DNA of 60,019 nt, counting the filler. It is 7 parts of 7 records of this genome, joined end to end, with 100 filler letters (N's around TTAATTAATTAA, not from the genome) between each part and the next. Parts side by side here need not be neighbours in the genome. Positions count along the whole stretch, not along the records: positions 42,226 to 54,695 come from SRR31156797_10198; positions 54,796 to 60,019 come from SRR31156797_10209; 5 more parts are not named here. The stretch is one strand, 5' to 3'. The notes below the pieces were generated by a model. That model made no database searches. It was not told where the DNA came from and saw only the letters and a program-made list of their open reading frames with translations. The position numbers and the translations under genes were made by a program. Positions 47,819 through 55,810 of the stretch are shown here, one piece after another (within the stretch, counting starts at the first letter, position 1; each line of letters starts with the position of its first letter).

Positions 47819-48628
47819 ATGCGAGAAAATTATAAAATTAGTGAAATAGCTAAAATCTTTAACATATCAAGAAGAACACTTCTTTATTATGATGAGATAG
47901 ATTTACTTAAGCCATATTATATTGATGAGGAGACAGGTTATAGATATTATTCTGAAGATCAAGTATATACATTACGTTTTATATTAACACTAAAGAATTC
48001 TGGATTTTCTCTTAATGAAATAAAAAAATATTCAACTTGCGAAAATCTTGATGATATTCAGATATTCTTGGATGATAAAGTTAAAAAAATTGAGAGAAAA
48101 ATAAATCAACTGGAGGGGTCACTTGATATTCTCAAGAAGAGAAATAACGATCTTGATAAATTTAAAAATTCAGAAGTTTTTAAACCCAAAGTAGTTACAG
48201 ATCTTGAGTTTAGATTAATAGTAATTGATGTAGAGGAGCCATATAGATATGTTCAAATTGAAAAAGCTCTTGATGAACTATCTGATTTGGGGGACAGATT
48301 AAAATTAGAAGATAGAACACAGGTTTCAATTGTTTCTGAGAAGAATGTCAAATCTATGGATATATATCCAATAAATTCAGTTGCATATATGCTAACAGAC
48401 GAGATAGAACATGATAGTATAATTGAAATAAAGAGCTCTAAATATGTTACGCTTACATATAAAGAATCAATAGGAAGCTTAGAAGAAAGTTATAAAAAAT
48501 TACTGGAATTTATTACTCATAACTCATATAAAATAGCAGGTGATGCTATTGAAATAATAGATGCGAGACTCCTATATGTGGAGACTAATCTAGACAAAAT
48601 AGTAGAGATATTTATTCCCGTAAAATAA
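47819..48628 (+). CDS. MerR family regulator with GyrI-like effector domain (BmrR-like); alternative start 47807
   Basis: YKISEIAK..ISRRTL.YYD.I.LLKP, TGYRYY, GFSL.EIK; C-terminal EIFIPV. Confidence 0.92.
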   Translation: MRENYKISEIAKIFNISRRTLLYYDEIDLLKPYYIDEETGYRYYSEDQVYTLRFILTLKNSGFSLNEIKKYSTCENLDDIQIFLDDKVKKIERKINQLEGSLDILKKRNNDLDKFKNSEVFKPKVVTDLEFRLIVIDVEEPYRYVQIEKALDELSDLGDRLKLEDRTQVSIVSEKNVKSMDIYPINSVAYMLTDEIEHDSIIEIKSSKYVTLTYKESIGSLEESYKKLLEFITHNSYKIAGDAIEIIDARLLYVETNLDKIVEIFIPVK

Positions 48629-48670
48629 ATATCCAGATTAAAGTAATTTTTAGTACTTTAATCTGGATGT
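48629..48670. terminator. Bidirectional terminator hairpin
   Basis: ATCCAGATTAAAGTA / TACTTTAATCTGGAT 15-bp perfect stem between convergent genes. Confidence 0.75.
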
Positions 48671-48678
48671 GCATAAAT

Positions 48679-49551
48679 TTATGAATTTAAACTTCTGAAT
48701 TTACTAGGAGTAAGTCCTGTATATTTTTTGAAAAATAGAGTCATGTTAGATGCTTTGCTAAAACCTAAATCATACGATATTTCATCTACTGTTTTATTTT
48801 CAAAACAAAGATTGAGTTTCATTCGATATATTATCTGCTGAATAATATATTGCTTAGCGGACATATCAACTGCTTTACGTGTCATCAAATTAACAGTTTT
48901 TTTAGACACATGCATCATCTCTGCATATTTATCTACTGTTTTAATACTATTGAGCTTCTCACTAACAAGTTTCGTAAACTCTAAGAAAATTTCATTGTTT
49001 TCATGCTTGGAACCCGTATTTGGCAAACATATTTTTTTTAACAATAATGTTAAAGTTTTTAATATAGAATATATAAGGCCACGTTCTAACTCCCAACTAT
49101 CGTCATAAAGAATTGTTTCTATTAATTTTAATTGATTTAGTATAATTGGATTATCTACTGTAATAAATGATTTTACTGGAGACATTGATAATTGGTTAAA
49201 TAATTCTATCGCTTCAACAGCATCTGTCCTCAATGATTTATAGATAAATTCTTCGCCCATTGTTATTACATAACCTTTCATTGAGTTTGTTTTAACAAAC
49301 TTGTGAACACTTCCTTTTGTAAGGAAGACTGCATCTCCTGCTTTTGTTTTATATTCTTTGAAATTAATTTCATGCACTCCGCTTCCTTCTGTAATAAAAA
49401 ATATAGCATAATAGCTAGTTTGAAACGGTTTCGATGTTAATTCATAGTATAGTGGAGAAAAAGCTTTTTCTAGAGGAGTTAATGCAAATTCTCTTTTAAA
49501 TCCAACTTCCTCTTTACAATCATTAAATGTACTTAGTAAAATATCTTCCAT
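48679..49551 (-). CDS. AraC family transcriptional regulator
   Basis: Cupin-like N-terminus; C-terminal I.Y.LGF....FFKKYTG.TP.KFR. Confidence 0.92.
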   Translation of the reverse strand: MEDILLSTFNDCKEEVGFKREFALTPLEKAFSPLYYELTSKPFQTSYYAIFFITEGSGVHEINFKEYKTKAGDAVFLTKGSVHKFVKTNSMKGYVITMGEEFIYKSLRTDAVEAIELFNQLSMSPVKSFITVDNPIILNQLKLIETILYDDSWELERGLIYSILKTLTLLLKKICLPNTGSKHENNEIFLEFTKLVSEKLNSIKTVDKYAEMMHVSKKTVNLMTRKAVDMSAKQYIIQQIIYRMKLNLCFENKTVDEISYDLGFSKASNMTLFFKKYTGLTPSKFRSLNS

Positions 49552-49581
49552 TTTTTCACCTCCAACATTTTCATAAAAACT

Positions 49582-49625
49582 ATATAAACTAACTCTATAT
49601 GAGTTTACATAGAGTTAGTTTATAT
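49582..49625 (-). terminator. Hairpin after the hydrolase gene
   Basis: ATATAAACTAACTCTAT / ATAGAGTTAGTTTATAT 17-bp inverted repeat. Confidence 0.65.
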
Positions 49626-49633
49626 TGAGTTCT

Positions 49634-50680
49634 TTATTTATTCTCTTGAATCACTTTCAACAACCTTCGAATTGAAACAAAATAACTTTCTGGAGTGTCT
49701 TCTTGAGTAAAATGGTTTGAATGAGCAACTTCTTGAACATTAGCATCTGGAAAATAAGACATCCATTTATTCTTAACTTTCTCCGTCCCAACAAAATCAT
49801 CCTTTAATCCAAATATAAATTCAACAGGTTTATCTGCTAATATTTTCAGCTTATCTTCCAACTCTCCTTCCCATTTTCTTTGTTTAAAAATTTGAGTGAC
49901 AATTAGAGTAGCTTCTCTATCTTTTGGTGTCGGGAAAGGCATCAAATATGCATTCATAATTGCCTTATTTTTTCTATCCTCTTCACTTAACATTGAATTC
50001 ATAAGTGTTTTTGCAAAGAAATTTCTATTTAATATTAACCGTCTTGCTATAGCTGAATCAGCTAATTTGGATATTAAATTTACTTTGAATCCAAAATTGA
50101 AAGCCCAAGTATTACTAATTACTATTCCTTTTACTTTTTCAGGATACTTAGTTGCAATAGTTAAACCTATAGGTCCTCCCCAATCTTGAACAACTAATAT
50201 GAATTTTTCTAGTTTTAAATGCTCAAAAAGTAGTGCTTCTACCCATTTTGCATGTTCTTGTGGTGTAAAGTTATATCCTTCTGGAACATCTGAGAAACCA
50301 TATCCAGGTAAATCATATGCAATCAACCTTGCTTCATCTGATAATTCTTTTATAATATTTCTGTACGAAAATGACCATTCAGGATTTCCGTGGCAAAGTA
50401 CTATTGGAATTCCTTCCCCTTCATCAACATAATGCATTGATACTCCATCTTTATTAAACCAATTACTTTTAAATGGATATTCCTGCTTATCAACAATAAA
50501 TGGTCTCAGTTTGCTATTGCTTGTATCCTTATTATATACTAACGGATCTGGCTTTACATCATCAATAATTTCTTTTGTTAACATCAAAAAAGCTGATGTA
50601 CATAAAATGATAAAAACTAATATACTAATTCCTATACTCTTTTTATTTAATTTTCCTTGTAAATTAAACCTTTTTTCCAT
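49634..50680 (-). CDS. Alpha/beta hydrolase of haloalkane dehalogenase/OleB type with N-terminal membrane anchor
   Basis: HGNPEWS, VQDWGGPIG (Asp nucleophile), G.KD, HFTQED. Confidence 0.85.
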   Translation of the reverse strand: MEKRFNLQGKLNKKSIGISILVFIILCTSAFLMLTKEIIDDVKPDPLVYNKDTSNSKLRPFIVDKQEYPFKSNWFNKDGVSMHYVDEGEGIPIVLCHGNPEWSFSYRNIIKELSDEARLIAYDLPGYGFSDVPEGYNFTPQEHAKWVEALLFEHLKLEKFILVVQDWGGPIGLTIATKYPEKVKGIVISNTWAFNFGFKVNLISKLADSAIARRLILNRNFFAKTLMNSMLSEEDRKNKAIMNAYLMPFPTPKDREATLIVTQIFKQRKWEGELEDKLKILADKPVEFIFGLKDDFVGTEKVKNKWMSYFPDANVQEVAHSNHFTQEDTPESYFVSIRRLLKVIQENK

Positions 50681-50796
50681 TTATTACTCCTCTTTGTTTT
50701 AAATTAATTTTAAAGTACTTTACCTTATAATAATTTTATCAATTAAACATTATTCTTACAATCTCAAAGCGGAGTAAAAAACTATCAAAACGAAAC

Positions 50797-51261
50797 CTAG
50801 ACTCCTTTTTCTATTTTATGAACCAGTTCGTCTGTTAAATCATCAACTTCCTTAATTTCTGAAGCTGCTGCCATTCCATCTACAATTTCTTTTTCAAGTT
50901 CTCTTGGAAAGGTTCCATACCCTTCATAAGTAATAAATAGTATATATTTGTCAGTATTTTTTGTTTTTCTAATTGTCTTTTTCGTTTTAGAAGTGAGCCC
51001 AGCATGATGTAACCAATCGATTATTAAAATTCTATCATATCTCTTTTCCAACTTAGTTTTATATTTTCTTAGTTTAATTACTTCAACTACATATTCTTTT
51101 TTCTCCAATTTTTCTTTAACTTTTTCAACAATTTTACTTCTAAAAGTACTTTCCTCCCCATAGGCAATCAATACTTTTTTATTTGTATTGGTAGTTGCAT
51201 ATATTTCTTTTCCAAAACTCATTGTTAATATAAGCGCGAATATGAATACTAATTTCTTCAT
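50797..51261 (-). CDS. Exported hypothetical protein, possible flavodoxin-like fold
   Basis: Signal peptide, GGAGG RBS, KKVLI; paralog of 51370-51879. Confidence 0.75.
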   Translation of the reverse strand: MKKLVFIFALILTMSFGKEIYATTNTNKKVLIAYGEESTFRSKIVEKVKEKLEKKEYVVEVIKLRKYKTKLEKRYDRILIIDWLHHAGLTSKTKKTIRKTKNTDKYILFITYEGYGTFPRELEKEIVDGMAAASEIKEVDDLTDELVHKIEKGV

Positions 51262-51369
51262 TCAGTTTCCTCCCAATTTTGATGATAATTCTTAATGAGA
51301 TAAGATGAACGGAAAGTATTAATAGAGCATAATTTATTTAAGTAAAAATAAATTTTTAGTTTACGCTCT

Positions 51370-51879
51370 TTACTCTAAACTTCTATTTTTTTCTATTTTA
51401 TATACCAATTCGTCTGTTAAACTATCAATTTTTTTTATTTTCGAAGCTGATGCAATACCATCAACTGTTCCTCTTCTTAGCTCTTTTGGTAATTGTCCAG
51501 TGGTGTTACTTACAAACATAATATATTTATTTGTATTCGATGTTTCTTTTATTGATTTCCTTGCCGTTTTAGAAACTTGCATATTAAGAAGCCACTCAAC
51601 CATAAGTACAACATCGTAATCATTTTCCATACTCATCTCATAATCAGTATTCATTATTTTCTTCACAGAGTGCTTTCTTTCACTTAACTCCGACTCTAAC
51701 TGATTAACCAATTTCTCCTTAAATGGAGTTTTTTTCGATTCTACAATTAAAACTTTCTTGCTCACATTATTGTCTTTATTATCCATCATTTTCTTAGAAA
51801 CTATAGCATCGCTATTCTGTTTATTTTGTCCACAAGCAACAATTGTTACAAGTGTTAACAATAATAATAGTTTTTTCAT
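51370..51879 (-). CDS. Hypothetical lipoprotein, possible flavodoxin-like fold
   Basis: Lipobox IVAC, GGAGG RBS; paralog of 50797-51261. Confidence 0.75.
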   Translation of the reverse strand: MKKLLLLLTLVTIVACGQNKQNSDAIVSKKMMDNKDNNVSKKVLIVESKKTPFKEKLVNQLESELSERKHSVKKIMNTDYEMSMENDYDVVLMVEWLLNMQVSKTARKSIKETSNTNKYIMFVSNTTGQLPKELRRGTVDGIASASKIKKIDSLTDELVYKIEKNRSLE

Positions 51880-52041
51880 TTCAATTTCCTCCTTTGGGTT
51901 TTGATAGCCTTATTATTTTTCATAAACTCTTTCTTAATTCGTAAAACAAAATCATTAGTACAAAGATTGCTTAGTAAAAACGTAAGCGTATAGAAAGCAA
52001 AACATGCGAATTATTACATCTAAGTTAATAAAATAAATAGT

Positions 52042-52797
52042 TTAAGAATTTGCGTCTATTATCTCTTTCAGAGAAACTTTTGGATTTCTAAATCTTTCTT
52101 TACTTTTTTCACCTTTATGTCTTATTGCATTTTGAGGACAGTTATGGGTGCATGAGAAACAACTTAGACATTTATCATAAAACTCAGGTTTATTATTTAC
52201 TTTTATATTATTGACAGGACAAACTTTTGCACATGTCTCACATGAATTACAGTGTGATTCTACTATAAACTTTTTAGCTTCTTTTTTTGCTGCCTCTGGT
52301 CCGTGTACTACTTGCATAAAATTTGTCAATGCTTTTACAAAAATCGAATTATTTGCTTTATAAATTAGCTTGTTATTAATATCAAGCTTAATTCTATTTA
52401 ATTGTTCCTCAATATTTTTTTTAGGAACCTTTTTTTGCTGATCTTTCATTTCAAAAAAATTAATTGCACCATTTACCATTAAAATATTATTTATGTATGA
52501 TAAGTTTACTCCATTTTTTTTAGCTATTTTTTGAAATTGACTTGAAACACCGAAGGTATAAAAACCATAAGATGAAATCGCAAATATATAAGGTGATTCA
52601 AGTGTTACTTTCTCCAAAAACTCTTTTACTATTTCAGGAACTCCGCCTCCGTAACATGGACAAATTATTCCTATTTTTTCATCCTTAAACTTAAATTCAT
52701 TTCCTTTCATCACTTTTACAATTGAATATAGCTCACCACCTAACTCTTTTGCTACGCTCAAACTATTTCCTGTTGCAGTGTAATAAAATATTTTCAT
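52042..52797 (-). CDS. EFR1-family flavodoxin/ferredoxin fusion
   Basis: YYTATGNS; CNSCETCAKVCP and CLSCFSCTHNCP. Confidence 0.9.
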   Translation of the reverse strand: MKIFYYTATGNSLSVAKELGGELYSIVKVMKGNEFKFKDEKIGIICPCYGGGVPEIVKEFLEKVTLESPYIFAISSYGFYTFGVSSQFQKIAKKNGVNLSYINNILMVNGAINFFEMKDQQKKVPKKNIEEQLNRIKLDINNKLIYKANNSIFVKALTNFMQVVHGPEAAKKEAKKFIVESHCNSCETCAKVCPVNNIKVNNKPEFYDKCLSCFSCTHNCPQNAIRHKGEKSKERFRNPKVSLKEIIDANS

Positions 52798-52867
52798 CGC
52801 TTTCTCCTTTTATTCTTTTTAGGTAGTTTTTTAATCTTTTATAATCTTATTAATAATTATTCAAAGA

Positions 52868-54016
52868 TTAATACATTTTTTTTAGTAAATCTAATACCGC
52901 TTCTTTATCTATTTCTCTTGGATTTGTCATAAGTGCCATTTTCTCATTAAGAATTGCTTCAGCTAAAATCTCTAATTGCTCTGTCTTAATTCCAAAATCT
53001 TTTAAGCTTGGAATATTTAATTTTTCAACTAGTTTTTTTAGCTCCTCAACAACTATTTTTGACGCTTTAACTGCTTCTAACTCTTCAAGTTCCAATCCCA
53101 TTGCGATACCACATTCTTTAACTTTTTCAGGTACACTTTCAGCATTATATTCAATAGCGTGTGCTAAGGCAATTGCATTTGCTGCTCCATGTGGAATATG
53201 ATGGAGAGCACTAAGAGGATGTGCTATTGCGTGTACAAGACCTAAACTAGCATTTGTTAATGCCGTTCCAGCCATCATACTTCCTAGCATTAAATTTTCC
53301 CTTGCTTTTTCATTTTCTCCATTTTCATAGGCCAGCTGTAAATTATTAAAGATTAATTGAACAGATTTTAACGCAAATTGATCTGTTAAGATATTTCTTC
53401 CCAAAGATAAATATGCTTCTATTGCATGAGTTAATGCATCCATTCCTGTATCTGCAGTAATTGATGCTGGAAGAGTATAAGTTAACTCTGGATCTACTAG
53501 AGCAATACTTGGGAATACTTCTAGTCCCCCAACAACAAATTTTCTTTTTTCTTTAACATTTGTAATAACAGAAACTCCTGTTACTTCACTACCTGTTCCA
53601 GAGGTTGTAGGTATGCAAATTAAAGGTTTTGTTGGATTTTTAGAAATTGAAAAATCTTCGTATCTATTTATTGGTGACGGGTTTGTCAGTAGTATGTTTA
53701 TTGCTTTGGCAGCATCCATAGAGCTCCCTCCTCCAATTGCAACTACTACGTCAACTTCTGCATGTCTACCAATTTCTCCAGCTTTTTCTATAATTGTGTC
53801 TGCTGGATTTGCTTCCACTCCTCCAAATTCTGTAATTACCAATTCAGCTTCTTTCAATGAATCCAAAATTTTATCAACAATTCCAACCGACTTAATTCCT
53901 TGATCATAAATTGCAAGAACTTTTTTTGCCTTTAACCCCTTAACGATTTCTCCTATTTTTTGACTTTCTCCTTGTCCAAAAATAATTTGAGGCCCCATTC
54001 CAAATGTAAAATTCAT
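52868..54016 (-). CDS. Iron-containing alcohol dehydrogenase
   Basis: GGGSSMD, IPTTSGTGSE, DALTHAIE, LVHAIAH, PHG. Confidence 0.95.
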   Translation of the reverse strand: MNFTFGMGPQIIFGQGESQKIGEIVKGLKAKKVLAIYDQGIKSVGIVDKILDSLKEAELVITEFGGVEANPADTIIEKAGEIGRHAEVDVVVAIGGGSSMDAAKAINILLTNPSPINRYEDFSISKNPTKPLICIPTTSGTGSEVTGVSVITNVKEKRKFVVGGLEVFPSIALVDPELTYTLPASITADTGMDALTHAIEAYLSLGRNILTDQFALKSVQLIFNNLQLAYENGENEKARENLMLGSMMAGTALTNASLGLVHAIAHPLSALHHIPHGAANAIALAHAIEYNAESVPEKVKECGIAMGLELEELEAVKASKIVVEELKKLVEKLNIPSLKDFGIKTEQLEILAEAILNEKMALMTNPREIDKEAVLDLLKKMY

Positions 54017-54060
54017 TTAACATCTCCTTTTTTCTAATTTAGTTATCATAAAAAACTATA

Positions 54061-54089
54061 TTGACTTCTAATTAAAAGTAGTATACACT
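54061..54089 (+). promoter_or_regulatory. Putative sigma70 promoter for the HxlR-family gene
   Basis: TTGACT-N17-TACACT. Confidence 0.5.
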
Positions 54090-54169
54090 AACAATATAAA
54101 AATAAGAAGTACTGTCTTTTTTTACACATAGTGTCTAAAAGTATACTATTGAGAGAGGAGAATTGATAA

Positions 54170-54565
54170 ATGCAGAATGATTTATTGAAAGAATGCGGCG
54201 AATGCCAATGTGAAGAAACTGTTAAGGAGTCTCTGTGCCCTGTCTGTCTTAGCCAAAGAGTCCTGAAAGGAAAGTGGAAAATTGTAATTATTTTTTTACT
54301 AAAGGAAAATTGCTTAAGATTTTCTCAAATAAAAAAATCCATTCCAAAAGTTACTCAATCGTATTTAAGTAAACAATTAAAAGAATTAGAAAATGCAAAC
54401 CTTATTAATCGACGCTCATTTAACGAAGTTCCACCTAGAGTTGAGTATTCACTTACAGAACAAGGAAAGGCATTAAGTTCAGTCATAGGTGGTATCGGTA
54501 CTTGGGGAAGAAACTATGGTGAAATGATATTGCAAAATCAAAGTGAAAAAATTTTAAAGATTTAA
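54170..54565 (+). CDS. HxlR/HypR family winged-helix regulator
   Basis: CPV..GKWK, RF, L..QLKELE, EVPPRVEYSLT. Confidence 0.92.
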   Translation: MQNDLLKECGECQCEETVKESLCPVCLSQRVLKGKWKIVIIFLLKENCLRFSQIKKSIPKVTQSYLSKQLKELENANLINRRSFNEVPPRVEYSLTEQGKALSSVIGGIGTWGRNYGEMILQNQSEKILKI

Positions 54566-54695
54566 ATTTCGAATAAAAAATCATAAAATTGTGTAAAGTT
54601 GAGAAGAAGTGTTGTTGATGTATAATAGGAATTGAAGTATACTACATTATATAGAAAAAGCGTGGAGAATTCAGAAAAGCTTTTGATAATTTTGA

Positions 54696-54795
54696 NNNNN
54701 NNNNNNNNNNNNNNNNNNNNNNNNNNNNNNNNNNNNNNNTTAATTAATTAANNNNNNNNNNNNNNNNNNNNNNNNNNNNNNNNNNNNNNNNNNNN
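54696..54795. other. Artificial contig linker
   Basis: N44-TTAATTAATTAA-N44. Confidence 0.98.
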
Positions 54796-54797
54796 AG

Positions 54798-55799
54798 GCA
54801 CAACTGGGATTAAGCGAAAGTCTGGCAAGCAATGCAGATCCCTGGCTCTGCTATTACTGTGGAGACTGTTCTGAAACCTGTCCACGCGATGCCAATCCGG
54901 GAGAAATAATGATGACCTTGCGCCGTTACCTCACTTCGGTTTACGACTGGACCGGATTTTCAGGCTGGTTGTACAAATCGGCAAAGGCCCACATCATTAC
55001 TATGATAATTCTTTTTGCTACAGTTATTGGAGCTTTCTTTATTTTCGGAGGGCCAATGGTTACCGAGTTAACACCAGAAGGTGGCGTCCAAATTAATGTA
55101 TTTGCTCCAGCTGAGACTATTGCCGCTATCGATCATATAATTTTGTTGATTCTTTCAATCTTTCTTGTAACAAATATCGTAAACATGTTTTACAAGGTTG
55201 TTCTGAAAGATAAATCAGTACATATTCCGTGGTATCTTTATATCACTGAAATAGGTGAAGCCTTTGTTCATTTCGGTACCCAGCTCAGGTTTTCGAAATG
55301 CAATAAAAGCTTCATGTATTGGTTTGGTCATTGGTTTTTAATGATCGGGTATGTAACCATGTTCGTTCTTATCATCTTCTTTTTAAGTTGGTTTCAAACC
55401 GAAAACATTCATGCCTGGTACCATCCGCAGCGTATAATTGGGTATATTATTACTACCGGTTTTCTATTCGGAACAACCTTTTTTATCATTGGAAGACTTC
55501 GTAAAAAAAGAGAGATTTTTAAATACTCACACCACAGCGACTGGATTTTTGTAATTCTGTTGTTCCTTGTGGCATTCACCGGAATCCTGATTCATATTTT
55601 CAGGATTAACGGAATGCCCTACGCCACTTATTTTGCTTACATAGCCCATCTGGCATTTGAGATGCCAATGGTAATAACTTTTGTAGCCTTCTCAAAATGG
55701 TCGCACCTGGCCTATCGTCCGCTGGCCATTTATTTTAATAACATGAAAAAGAAGGCAAGGGTAATGCAGTTGAAATCAAAACTTTCGATGTTCTACTAA
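54798..55799 (+). CDS. QmoC-like subunit (HdrC-type 4Fe-4S domain plus b-type cytochrome-like membrane domain), 5'-truncated
   Basis: Frame is open upstream of ATG 54909: PWLCYYCGDCSETCPR..PGE; several TM helices with His residues; FSKWSHLAYR. Confidence 0.8.
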   Translation, partial: AQLGLSESLASNADPWLCYYCGDCSETCPRDANPGEIMMTLRRYLTSVYDWTGFSGWLYKSAKAHIITMIILFATVIGAFFIFGGPMVTELTPEGGVQINVFAPAETIAAIDHIILLILSIFLVTNIVNMFYKVVLKDKSVHIPWYLYITEIGEAFVHFGTQLRFSKCNKSFMYWFGHWFLMIGYVTMFVLIIFFLSWFQTENIHAWYHPQRIIGYIITTGFLFGTTFFIIGRLRKKREIFKYSHHSDWIFVILLFLVAFTGILIHIFRINGMPYATYFAYIAHLAFEMPMVITFVAFSKWSHLAYRPLAIYFNNMKKKARVMQLKSKLSMFY

Positions 55800-55810
55800 A
55801 ACTGAATAAG

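Noticed and set aside
50773-51980. AGTAAAAA 80-95 bp upstream of three consecutive genes as a possible AraC site
   Set aside because: An A-rich 8-mer in very AT-rich DNA cannot be distinguished from chance by eye
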